A DNA stretch of 64,000 nt from an uncultured Pseudobdellovibrionaceae bacterium (GTDB taxonomy: Bacteria > Patescibacteriota > Minisyncoccia > Moranbacterales > GCA-2747515). Position 1 is the first letter of the stretch. Each line of letters opens with the position of its first letter. The position numbers were made by a program, and so were the translations under genes. The stretch is taken from contig CAYXCH010000021.1 in assembly GCA_964463705.1 (NCBI GenBank), positions 65,162 through 129,161 on the forward strand, in the 5' to 3' direction. Shown piece by piece: positions 50,301-57,781 of this stretch. The notes below the pieces were generated by a model. That model searched no databases, was not told where the DNA came from, and saw only the letters and a program-made list of their open reading frames with translations.

Positions 50301-50497
50301 GGAACAAGTGTGGCAACCATTGCCTGTGCCGATGCACAGTCTTGTGTAATATTCGCCAACCCCGTAATTTGCAGCACCGAGCCGGTGGGCGTCTGCATTG
50401 TTCCCCCATCAACAAAGATATGCGCATTCGCACTGAATGGCGCAATACAGAACAAAAAAAACACGCCGACGCGAACGATGGAAATAGTCATCTTCAT
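47348..50497 (-). CDS. Calx-beta repeat surface protein with C-terminal membrane anchor
   Basis: Signal peptide; about five repeats of FTVTLD...GTA..G.DY...IAPGE...V.DD.LE..ETV...ATI.D.D; TM plus basic tail. Confidence 0.88.
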   Translation of the reverse strand: MKMTISIVRVGVFFLFCIAPFSANAHIFVDGGTMQTPTGSVLQITGLANITQDCASAQAMVATLVPPTAPQPVITCVEGTDTLTLTDGETVTKPIVLFGSARLVVEDGATVTFDQSGQAQGLPPVFVYVGGDAAVDISPTQRATLRNVNTSITLLQGGVPTTMSLTTGAFIVLRSTAAQTIRNVHLEAFGHRGPATTSSVVRCEATWNDDALRDVRSAPLTIHAAQSGAITIRDVTFTDSPLLALYTARDVTVENVTVTNTGTVTPLGFVRDIRSPRAGLVTSAGVLQITTSLADNARVEIVGASNATGDMTANTPALRCGTTALSAVVQTVQNGREYADGTVRDAVVRVTLTDDTGASYTNTTGGDLAFTVALADETAHGGDTDGDFDNTAQTAVIAPGSATADITIPVRADDSLETDETFRVILTPRSDNATAVSMTNGGAVTVTISDDSIAQATVSATPGAEGETPTPVTFTVTLDKVNDTGTAIPVTLALGSTSDTARGGVDYDDNNSAVRTASIAPGERTASFSVAVLSDRALEDAETVTGTVQTTASRVTMAQATATTQIVDNTAVSATLSATPGAEGGADMTFVVTLDYTNDTASPITFDIVRTDGSATVGDDYADTLGAHSLSVASGAAAGVLSVPVVDDALMEVTESLRAQISNPSHSAVTITTASATATITDNDTRGATISATQQGREDGTPVTFTVALDRINATGQEVTFALALSGTAEQGTDYVAPDSTVRIPSGEQRAVITISPLNDTIYEGEETIIATISDPSIAALTIDTSTATATLADDEVRPVTAVVRTVQNGAEHAPTDMIFEVVLSAPNGASESVAFDVTVDGGTASAEDYGSSVFGTRVVAIAPGETAARLTVPVVNDAVLEGEETVRVRIASPSLPHVTILTDTAMATIDDDEDDIVASENSSRDKGRDRSAKKKKKKTEVPATVVQTVTRPLRALGETAARSVAPRETIVPVAALRATEQKERPTTPTVTVSRNSPKVLGVQTRVPESSSRGYQWIWLVVLLLLLLLLAILLAMVLRRMIREGRQES

Positions 50498-50566
50498 AAG
50501 CACAGCGTGTCGTATATTACACCGCATAATAACACAAAAACGATGTTTTATCAAGAGGTAGTACGC

Positions 50567-50788
50567 TTATACACTGCGAACCGAGCGTGTACGGTGAGCG
50601 CGAGAAGCGGTACGACATGTACGGAATCCCGCGATGTGGTATAACGGACACCATCGCACCGTTGCCGTTGCGAGTACCGCCACACCGACAAATCCCCACC
50701 ATGCGCCACTCTTTACCGCCGCGGTAACAATCGCCAACCCCACCGCTACGCGAACCATGCGATCTATCGTTCCAATATTGCATTGCAT
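50567..50788 (-). CDS. DUF2892 (YgaP-like) small membrane protein
   Basis: NIGTIDRMVR...TATVRWCPLY...GFRTC; ATG at 50788. Confidence 0.88.
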   Translation of the reverse strand: MQCNIGTIDRMVRVAVGLAIVTAAVKSGAWWGFVGVAVLATATVRWCPLYHIAGFRTCRTASRAHRTRSVRSV

Positions 50789-50811
50789 ATGTGTATAATT
50801 ATAGTTTTCTT

Positions 50812-50838
50812 CAGTATACCATAAAATATGGTATACTG
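50812..50838. promoter_or_regulatory. Perfect palindrome forming back-to-back extended -10 elements
   Basis: CAGTATACCATA-AAA-TATGGTATACTG; TGGTATACT is read on both strands. Confidence 0.6.
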
Positions 50839-50842
50839 GTAA

Positions 50843-50981
50843 TGAACCTTCAGAATCAGCTGATGAACACACCCGCTATCGGCGGGCTCATGGGACCCAC
50901 CTGGGTTTCCGGGGAAAGCGCTTATCACTTTTCCTACATGCGTATTATGGGACCCATATGCGGCTGTGCATTGAGGGTTCA
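50843..50981 (+). ncRNA. Candidate structured non-coding RNA (family unassigned)
   Basis: 10-bp closing stem plus several internal hairpins with G-U pairs on the plus strand; promoter upstream and terminator downstream. Confidence 0.6.
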
Positions 50982-50983
50982 CT

Positions 50984-51010
50984 TAAAACACCTCTCCGAG
51001 AGGTGTTTTA
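50984..51010. terminator. Bidirectional intrinsic terminator
   Basis: TAAAACACCTCTC-C-GAGAGGTGTTTTA, overlapping the stop of 51008..52030. Confidence 0.8.
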
Positions 51011-52030
51011 TGATAAGCGTCGTTTTCGTGCCGCACGGGCACTGCGCGCATCTGTTTCGTCGTCAATTTCCCCCACAATTTCTTCCAATAAATCTTCCAT
51101 TGTCACAATACCGATAATTTCTTTTGGAGAGTTGGCGCGATGAACGGCATATAAATGCGCTCGCTCTCGTTTCATCGCACGAAAGACGCGATCAATGTTT
51201 CGATCTTCCGGCACTGAATGAAGCGGTACAACAAACTCCTTCACCGGACGGGAGCGTTCATCACTTTTCAATGCCCGCAACAATGCATTAACATGAATAT
51301 ATCCGACAATATTATCCTCATCTCCAACATAGACCGGATACCGTGAGTGCGCATCTTGACCGACAAAATATGCAATTTGCTCCACCGGCACCGTTCCATT
51401 GAGTGCCACCACCTTATATCGCGGTGTCATTACTTGACGAACAGGAATATTGTCAAAACGAAAAACATTCTCAATCATCTCGCGCTCCCGATAATCCATT
51501 TCCCCGTGTTCCACACTCATTCGCGCCATCATGCGTACTTCCGATTCCGTTACGCCGCGTGATGTGCCGCCGACCCGACGCTGCAACATCGCACTAAACG
51601 CTGTCAGTGCTCGTACCGCCGGAAACAGCACAATCCGCAATACCGCCAACACCGGTGCGGCAAATAACGCAATTCGCTCATTATTACTATACGCCAACGA
51701 CTTCGGAACAATCTCTCCACATACAAGAATAAACAACGTTGTTACTCCCGTTGCCGCCGCCAATGCCGCATCCCCAAACATTCGCGCCGCCACCACCGTC
51801 GCATACGATGCGGTAAAAATATTAACAATATTGTTTCCGATTAAAATTGTCGTCAATAATTCCTCCGGCGTACGTTTAAGCGACCATAGCAATCGGGCGC
51901 TGCGAGATGCCCCCGGTCGCTGCGCCGCCAATCGTGCTTGCGCATCCGGCAATGAAAAAAATGCCGTTTCCGCTCCCGAAAAAAACCCGGAAAGCGCAAT
52001 CAGAATCATAAAAATCACCACGTCTATCAT
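51008..52030 (-). CDS. CNNM/HlyC-CorC family (DUF21 + CBS) protein
   Basis: SGFFSGAETAFFSL, TILIGNN, GEIVPKS, HSRYPVY, GIVTMEDLLEEIVGEI. Confidence 0.93.
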   Translation of the reverse strand: MIDVVIFMILIALSGFFSGAETAFFSLPDAQARLAAQRPGASRSARLLWSLKRTPEELLTTILIGNNIVNIFTASYATVVAARMFGDAALAAATGVTTLFILVCGEIVPKSLAYSNNERIALFAAPVLAVLRIVLFPAVRALTAFSAMLQRRVGGTSRGVTESEVRMMARMSVEHGEMDYREREMIENVFRFDNIPVRQVMTPRYKVVALNGTVPVEQIAYFVGQDAHSRYPVYVGDEDNIVGYIHVNALLRALKSDERSRPVKEFVVPLHSVPEDRNIDRVFRAMKRERAHLYAVHRANSPKEIIGIVTMEDLLEEIVGEIDDETDARSARAARKRRLS

Positions 52031-52050
52031 AGACCGTCAGTATACCATAT

Positions 52051-53307
52051 CTATCGACGCAACCAGAATGTAATTGCGGTGCCACGTCGTCCGGCACGTC
52101 CGGTACGTCCGATTCGGTGTACGTAATCATCATACAACAATGGCGGCATTGCGTTAATGACATGTGATACATCCGGAATATCCACCCCGCGCGCCGCCAC
52201 ATCCGTTGCAACCACTGCTGTGACTTCCCGATTGCGCAGCTTCTGAATCGCTCGCAATCGCGCCGCCCGCGTCATGTCACCGTGTAACGCCGCAACAGCA
52301 AATCCGCGCGCCTTCAACTCCGCATATAACTGTGCAGCATCTCGCTTGGTATTAACAAACACCAATGCCCGCGTTACCGCCGGATCAATCAATACATCAT
52401 GTAATTTCTCATGCATCTCCTCCTGAGAATGTACATATACCAATGATTGATCCACCGTTGCCGCCGTCGGACGCGGAGTAATGGCAACGGTAACGGGATT
52501 GTGCAGCAATGTCCGCACCCGGGATCGCATATCCTTTTTAAGGGTGGCGGAAAATGTTACCACCTGCCGACGCGCCGCCACTTGTGATAACAAAAAACGC
52601 ACCTCATGCAAAAAGCCCGCATCCGCCAACCGATCAATTTCATCAATCACCACCGTCCGGATAGCGCTGAAATCATAAGCATCCCGCTCCACCATATCAT
52701 GTAACCGACCCGGTGTGGCGATAATACACTGCGGCATGGTTTGCAAATCACGTAGTTGCCGATCTACATTCCCCCCGCCAACCACCGTTACACATCGCAA
52801 CGGCGTGTCTCCCGCCAGTGCCGTAAACATTTCCGCCACTTGCGCCGCCAATTCTCGTGTCGGAACGATAACGACAAACGGACGTGGACGAGACGATCGC
52901 ATACTGCGCGTCATTAACGGCAACAAATATGCCGCCGTCTTCCCCGTCCCGGTCTGTGAGAGCGCAATAACATCTCTTCCGTGCAATATCGGAGGAATTG
53001 CCGCCGCTTGAATTGCCGTCGGCGTAACAATTCCCACCGACTCTGCCGACGCAATCAATGTCCGATTAATTCCAAGTTGCGTAAACGATACCGTCGCCTC
53101 TTGCTGTGCAATCATGCGCGGATCGTGGGACTTCACACAATCTTCCGGCCGCAATACACCGTTCTTTTGTCGCTTCCGTCGTGTTGTATGCAAACGATTT
53201 TTCCGCCCAAAACTATTAACGGAACCTCCTCGCACCGCCTCATGCACTTTTTTCGCGTTCCGCGCACCCCAAATTTTCCCGGAAACGTTCCGAATACTCT
53301 TCCTCAT
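52051..53307 (-). CDS. DEAD-box RNA helicase
   Basis: Q motif, TGTGKT, PTRELA, TPGR, DEID, SAT, HRIGRTGRAG. Confidence 0.95.
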   Translation of the reverse strand: MRKSIRNVSGKIWGARNAKKVHEAVRGGSVNSFGRKNRLHTTRRKRQKNGVLRPEDCVKSHDPRMIAQQEATVSFTQLGINRTLIASAESVGIVTPTAIQAAAIPPILHGRDVIALSQTGTGKTAAYLLPLMTRSMRSSRPRPFVVIVPTRELAAQVAEMFTALAGDTPLRCVTVVGGGNVDRQLRDLQTMPQCIIATPGRLHDMVERDAYDFSAIRTVVIDEIDRLADAGFLHEVRFLLSQVAARRQVVTFSATLKKDMRSRVRTLLHNPVTVAITPRPTAATVDQSLVYVHSQEEMHEKLHDVLIDPAVTRALVFVNTKRDAAQLYAELKARGFAVAALHGDMTRAARLRAIQKLRNREVTAVVATDVAARGVDIPDVSHVINAMPPLLYDDYVHRIGRTGRAGRRGTAITFWLRR

Positions 53308-53440
53308 GTCTATCCATTAATTTTTATTATAATCGCACATATTATACTTACTGTCAAATTCTATTCACTGTTTATATCATTGTATGGTATACTGTATATG
53401 AGTACTCCGTACTCACCTTAAAAAAATAAACACTACTTCT

Positions 53441-54265
53441 ATGCGTACTCTCATTCGTACGCGCGTCATGGTTGCATTACTTTCCGTGATGTGTGCATTG
53501 ACAGCGGCCGGTACGGCGCACGCCGGCATTTCCGGCACCAATGCCAAACACGTGGATGTAACCGTCAAAACAAAACAAGGCGGTACATGGTTTACCGCGC
53601 GCGCAACGACGACTGATCAAGATGGCGTCGTAACGCTAAAGAATGCCCTTCCGGGTAAGTACCGGTTCTTTATTGACTCCGACGATCGCCGTGATAGTCA
53701 AACACTGGCGCTGCAAGTTCGTCTATTGGATGAGCGCGGACGACGCTTTACCGATCGCGCTGATGTTGCGGTCAGTGTCTATACGGAAGACGGAACGGAG
53801 GTTGTTGTCGGAACATATCGAACAGACCGTCACGGGTGGCTGGATCTCGTCGGTATTACGCACGGAACAACATATAAGTTGGACGTCAAAGATACCGCTC
53901 ATTTGAAAAAGAAAAAGAATAAACCGCGAGTTCGCGTCAAAGCAAAAATTGACGACAGCAAGTGGTTCCCCGCCGTATATAAACGGTTGCGCACCGATGG
54001 CACATTGCGAGTTCGTGATGTCCTTCCCGGCTCGTATAAGTTTTCATATAAACGCGGTGACGCGCAAGAAGACCAACCATTTACGCTTCACATGCGCTTA
54101 CGTACGGAAGACGGAAAAACCGCCAAACGAAAAAAGGTTACCGTTTATGCATATCCGTTTGGTATCAAGCGAAAGATTGGAACATTTAAGACAACACGGA
54201 CCGGCGATCTTGTCCTCCCGGGCGTACGCACCGGCATGAAGTATAAGATTCGTGTTAAGGACTAA
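53441..54265 (+). CDS. Secreted basic protein with internal duplication (Cna-B/transthyretin-like repeats)
   Basis: Signal peptide ending AHA-G; two ~115-aa units, each ending YK..VKD; TGGTATACT upstream. Confidence 0.75.
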   Translation: MRTLIRTRVMVALLSVMCALTAAGTAHAGISGTNAKHVDVTVKTKQGGTWFTARATTTDQDGVVTLKNALPGKYRFFIDSDDRRDSQTLALQVRLLDERGRRFTDRADVAVSVYTEDGTEVVVGTYRTDRHGWLDLVGITHGTTYKLDVKDTAHLKKKKNKPRVRVKAKIDDSKWFPAVYKRLRTDGTLRVRDVLPGSYKFSYKRGDAQEDQPFTLHMRLRTEDGKTAKRKKVTVYAYPFGIKRKIGTFKTTRTGDLVLPGVRTGMKYKIRVKD

Positions 54266-54284
54266 GAGAACTGAAATCGGATAG

Positions 54285-54315
54285 TAAAAACACCGCACTC
54301 ACAGCGGTGTTTTTA
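54285..54315. terminator. Bidirectional terminator between the convergent gene and tRNA cluster
   Basis: TAAAAACACCGC-ACTCACA-GCGGTGTTTTTA. Confidence 0.85.
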
Positions 54316-54323
54316 TATTTATG

Positions 54324-54394
54324 CACGGGATGAGGGAGTTGAACCCCCACTGGCGGTTTTGGAGACCGCTGTTCTACCATTAAACTAATCCCGC
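54324..54394 (-). tRNA. tRNA-Trp(CCA)
   Basis: GCGGGATTAGTTTAATGGTAGAAC...CTCCAAA...GGTTCAACTCC. Confidence 0.93.
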
Positions 54395-54405
54395 AGCAGT
54401 GGCTG

Positions 54406-54478
54406 AGCCAACACGCGGGATTGAACCGCGGACCTCATCCTTACCATGGATGCGCTCTACCGACTGAGCTATGTTGGC
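54406..54478 (-). tRNA. tRNA-Thr(GGT)
   Basis: GCCAACATAGCTCAGTCGGTAGAGC...ATGGTAA...GGTTCAATCCC. Confidence 0.94.
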
Positions 54479-54484
54479 AGGGTG

Positions 54485-54568
54485 TGGGCCGGGACGGATT
54501 CGAACCGCCGTAGACCAAAGGTCGTCAGATTTACAGTCTGATGCATTTGACCACTCTGCCACCGACCC
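54485..54568 (-). tRNA. tRNA-Tyr(GTA)
   Basis: GGGTCGGTGGCAGAGTGGTCAAATGCA...CTGTAAA, long variable arm, GGTTCGAATCC. Confidence 0.95.
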
Positions 54569-54596
54569 ATTTGTGGAGATGGTTCCATCTCCCATG

Positions 54597-54669
54597 AGCC
54601 ACCTGTCGGACTCGAACCGACGACCGACGGTTTACAAAACCGCTGCTCTACCAACTGAGCTAAGGTGGC
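54597..54669 (-). tRNA. tRNA-Thr(TGT)
   Basis: GCCACCTTAGCTCAGTTGGTAGAGC...TTTGTAA...GGTTCGAGTCC. Confidence 0.95.
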
Positions 54670-54715
54670 AACATTGCCCATTGTAACAAACTTCGTCTTG
54701 ATATGCAACACCCCC

Positions 54716-55126
54716 TTAATCCGAGTCTTCGGATATAGACGTATCGGATGCGGCAATCAATTTCTTCAGCTTGTTTCGCTGCTCTACCGCCCGAAGATTT
54801 TTCGGATCCAGTACCATTACCTGATGAAAGCACTCTTCCGCATCATTGAGATTTCCTTGTACCATATAGAGTTGTCCAAGCAAATCGTATGCCTCAACAT
54901 CACGCGGATCTTCCGCAATTCGCTTGATAAGCACTTTCTCACGCTCCACGATCCCATGCGTATCATCCATCTTCCGCTGTGCTCGTTCCGCAAATGAATC
55001 TTCCGCCACCGGCGCATCATCAGCGGCACGATGTCGTGGACGCAAAAGCGCAATGGCAATCGCACCGCTGACAATGGCAATAAGAGGCGGAAGAACAATA
55101 TGGTACGGCGTAATGGGATCAAACAT
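54716..55126 (-). CDS. Membrane-anchored TPR protein
   Basis: N-terminal TM; DPRDVEAYDLLGQLY...AEECFHQVMVLDP. Confidence 0.8.
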   Translation of the reverse strand: MFDPITPYHIVLPPLIAIVSGAIAIALLRPRHRAADDAPVAEDSFAERAQRKMDDTHGIVEREKVLIKRIAEDPRDVEAYDLLGQLYMVQGNLNDAEECFHQVMVLDPKNLRAVEQRNKLKKLIAASDTSISEDSD

Positions 55127-55141
55127 GGGAATACGAGCGCA

Positions 55142-55720
55142 TTAAAGAGCGTAGCGAATAAAGCGAGCAACGACAATCTTCTCACCGATCTTTGCTACCG
55201 CCGCGGTAATAACATCTTGAACCGTTCGCTCGGGATCCTTAACGAATGATTGACTGAGTAATGCATTCTCTTCACGAAACTTCTTCTCTTTTCCTTCCAA
55301 TATTTTCTCCATGATATCTTCACTTTTTCCCTCGGCGACAAGTTGTTCTTTCCAAATACTACGCTCTCGCTCTACCAGCTCATCTTCCACATCTTCCGGC
55401 GCGATAACGCGCGGATCACTTGCCACAACATGCATCGCCAAATCCTTTGCCAACGCTTGAAACTCCTCGTTTCGCGCAACAAAATCCGTCTCACACTGCA
55501 ACATCACCATTGCCGCCATTTTCCCATTGGCATGAACATAGACGCCAATATATCCCTCGGATGTCTCGCGATCCGCTTTTTTCAACGCTTTCGCTTGTCC
55601 ACGTTTACGCAAGATATCTCGCGCGGCATCCATATCGCCGCCCGCCTCTTCCAATGCCGTCTTTACATCCACAACTCCCGCACCGGTTTCTTCACGCAGT
55701 GTTTTAATATCTTCCAACAT
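55142..55720 (-). CDS. tsf: Elongation factor Ts (short form)
   Basis: LREETGAG, CETDFVARN; downstream of rpsB. Confidence 0.97.
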   Translation of the reverse strand: MLEDIKTLREETGAGVVDVKTALEEAGGDMDAARDILRKRGQAKALKKADRETSEGYIGVYVHANGKMAAMVMLQCETDFVARNEEFQALAKDLAMHVVASDPRVIAPEDVEDELVERERSIWKEQLVAEGKSEDIMEKILEGKEKKFREENALLSQSFVKDPERTVQDVITAAVAKIGEKIVVARFIRYAL

Positions 55721-55731
55721 ATTTCTTCTCG

Positions 55732-56625
55732 TTATTTTTTATTACTCTTCGCATCAGATGATGCAGCACTCGCCGTCTTTGCCGTCCGCTTCGTCTTTTT
55801 CTTCGAAGCACCATCTTTTGAGCCGCGAGTCACAGACTTGGAATTCTTTGACGTTTTCGGCGGTGCCGCGACCACACCATCCAACGCCTTTAACAATAGA
55901 CCCAAAATTGTCTTTACTGATGAAATTGCATCATCATTTGCCGGAATCGGATAGTCTACCATTGAGACATCAATATTTGTGTCGGCAATCGCAACAACGG
56001 GAATTCCTTGCTTGCGCGCCTCATTCACCGCCAATGCGTCCGCTTTAACATCCAGTACCACTATTGCTCCCGGCAGTGTATCCATTTTTTTCAATCCGCC
56101 CATCTTACGATTGAGCTTCGCAATTTCCTCTCGCTTCCGCAACTGCTCCAACTTGGTGTACTTCAGGAATACTCCCTTTTCCATATCCTCCTCCATTTTC
56201 AGCAGCGCTTTCACGCGAGAGCGAATCTGCGGAAAGTTTGTAAACGTTCCCCCAATCCAGCGCTCAATCACATACGGCTCGTCAGCACGGTTCGCCGCAC
56301 TTTTAAGCAAGTCCAGCATCTGCTTCTTTGTCGTAACAAAGAGAATATGCTTTCCGCTTTTTCGTACAGACGTCAGAAACTCCGCCGCCGATCGAATACC
56401 GCGTTGCGTCTTTTCAAGATCAATAATCGTTACCCCGCCGCGAACGGTAAAAATGTACGGTATCATCCGCGGATGACGACGAGATTTCTGGTGTCCGAAA
56501 TGCGCTCCGGCCTTCAACAGCGCTTCCAAATCGTCCGTATATGACGATAGATCCGCCGTTGCGAAAAAATCCGTAATATCAACGGATTGCTGTGGCGATG
56601 GTGTCGCCGTGTGTTCATCACTCAT
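55732..56625 (-). CDS. rpsB: 30S ribosomal protein uS2 with terminal extensions
   Basis: LLKAGAHFGH, RWIGGTFTN, DTN, PIPANDDA. Confidence 0.97.
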   Translation of the reverse strand: MSDEHTATPSPQQSVDITDFFATADLSSYTDDLEALLKAGAHFGHQKSRRHPRMIPYIFTVRGGVTIIDLEKTQRGIRSAAEFLTSVRKSGKHILFVTTKKQMLDLLKSAANRADEPYVIERWIGGTFTNFPQIRSRVKALLKMEEDMEKGVFLKYTKLEQLRKREEIAKLNRKMGGLKKMDTLPGAIVVLDVKADALAVNEARKQGIPVVAIADTNIDVSMVDYPIPANDDAISSVKTILGLLLKALDGVVAAPPKTSKNSKSVTRGSKDGASKKKTKRTAKTASAASSDAKSNKK

Positions 56626-56644
56626 AGGAATGGTCCTTTATAAC

Positions 56645-56710
56645 CACTGTATACGCGCAATGACGGTGCGCAATCGCACAGGACCGCATCGCACATTTGT
56701 TCATACAGTG
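56645..56710 (-). promoter_or_regulatory. Structured rpsB 5' leader
   Basis: Long hairpin closed by CACUGUAU/AUACAGUG, with several G-U pairs on the transcribed strand. Confidence 0.6.
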
Positions 56711-56727
56711 AAAGATCTTACAATGAA

Positions 56728-56778
56728 AGTATAGACAACTTCCCCCCTCTTGTCAATTTATCTACGCCATGGTATAGT
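56728..56778. promoter_or_regulatory. Divergent rpsB / rpmE promoters with overlapping -35 boxes
   Basis: Minus: TTGACA(56756-56751)-N17-TATACT. Plus: TTGTCA(56750-56755)-N17-TATAGT with extended TG. Confidence 0.7.
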
Positions 56779-56829
56779 GTGTACATCAGCGCAAAATTGC
56801 GCTTTTTTCACTGTAAATATTTCCCGATT

Positions 56830-57177
56830 ATGAAGAACGATATCCATCCGGAATCTCGCGCAGTTGTATTCCATGACTTGGCGAGTGACCACTACATCAT
56901 TGCGCGCAGCACCGTTGAAACGGATGAAACGGTGGACATTGACGGGACGACATACCCGATTGTTCATATTGAGGTATCCAGCGCTTCACATCCGTTCTAC
57001 ACAGGTAAACGCACGGTAGTAGACTCCACCGGTCGCGTAGATCGCTTTAAGCGATTGGCGAAGCGAGCGGAAGACGCGGCAAAGCGAGCATCTGCAAAAA
57101 AGGCATCCGACACAAAAGATTCATCGGATACTGTTGAAAAGAAGACACTGTCGGACCTTGCAGAAATTGCACAATAA
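56830..57177 (+). CDS. rpmE: 50S ribosomal protein bL31 type B (Cys-free) with C-terminal extension
   Basis: MKNDIHP, YP, EVSSASHPFYTG, GRVDRF; ATG at 56830. Confidence 0.95.
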   Translation: MKNDIHPESRAVVFHDLASDHYIIARSTVETDETVDIDGTTYPIVHIEVSSASHPFYTGKRTVVDSTGRVDRFKRLAKRAEDAAKRASAKKASDTKDSSDTVEKKTLSDLAEIAQ

Positions 57178-57178
57178 C

Positions 57179-57204
57179 AAAAACCGCCCCGGAGGGCGGT
57201 TTTT
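57179..57204. terminator. Bidirectional terminator
   Basis: AAAAACCGCCC-CGGA-GGGCGGTTTTT between convergent genes. Confidence 0.88.
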
Positions 57205-57741
57205 TTATTGTGTGCAACGTCGGTTCCATGGAGCATATCCAAGCAGCTTCATCATTAGGCAGTTGCCGCTAGCACCCCCGTAAAGTAATCCGCCACCCAC
57301 AAACCAAACGATAAAAACAAATGCCGGGTGAAGGGCGATACTCAGGAAGAGGCCCATAAGAATCAACGCACCCGCCACAATCATCACCTGACGAACTAAG
57401 GAAATCGGCGGACCCGCACCGTCACTCTTACACACTGTCGGCAACCCTTCCGCATGCCACTGTGCGATACCGCCCTGAACATTATAAACAGTCTTTACGC
57501 CGGCGTCTTCCAAGATTTTACATGCCATCGCGCTACGATTACCACTTGCACAATGCACATACACTTCACGATGTTTTTTGAGATCGTCTATATGCTCTCC
57601 CAACTCTTCCAATGGAATATTGACAACGCCGGGAATGCGTAAGTCCTTATGTTCTCCACCGGTACGAACATCAATACAAAGAATATCCGGTGATGGATGC
57701 TTGACCTTTTTATAAAACTCTTGAGGAGAAATTGTGTTCAT
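57205..57741 (-). CDS. Rhodanese domain + DUF2892 protein (YgaP-like)
   Basis: IDVRT, HCASGNRS, GGIAQW; RQVMIVAG...GNCLM...APWN. Confidence 0.92.
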   Translation of the reverse strand: MNTISPQEFYKKVKHPSPDILCIDVRTGGEHKDLRIPGVVNIPLEELGEHIDDLKKHREVYVHCASGNRSAMACKILEDAGVKTVYNVQGGIAQWHAEGLPTVCKSDGAGPPISLVRQVMIVAGALILMGLFLSIALHPAFVFIVWFVGGGLLYGGASGNCLMMKLLGYAPWNRRCTQ

Positions 57742-57781
57742 AGTTTTATGATTATATATGTTTTCTTATAGTATATCACGT

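Noticed and set aside
50764-51143. Short ORFs across the candidate ncRNA region
   Set aside because: They run through a strong terminator or the promoter palindrome and overlap real genes; RNA structure explains the region better, though a small peptide is not excluded.
54380-54756. ORFs overlapping the tRNA cluster
   Set aside because: They are fully explained by the four tRNA genes.
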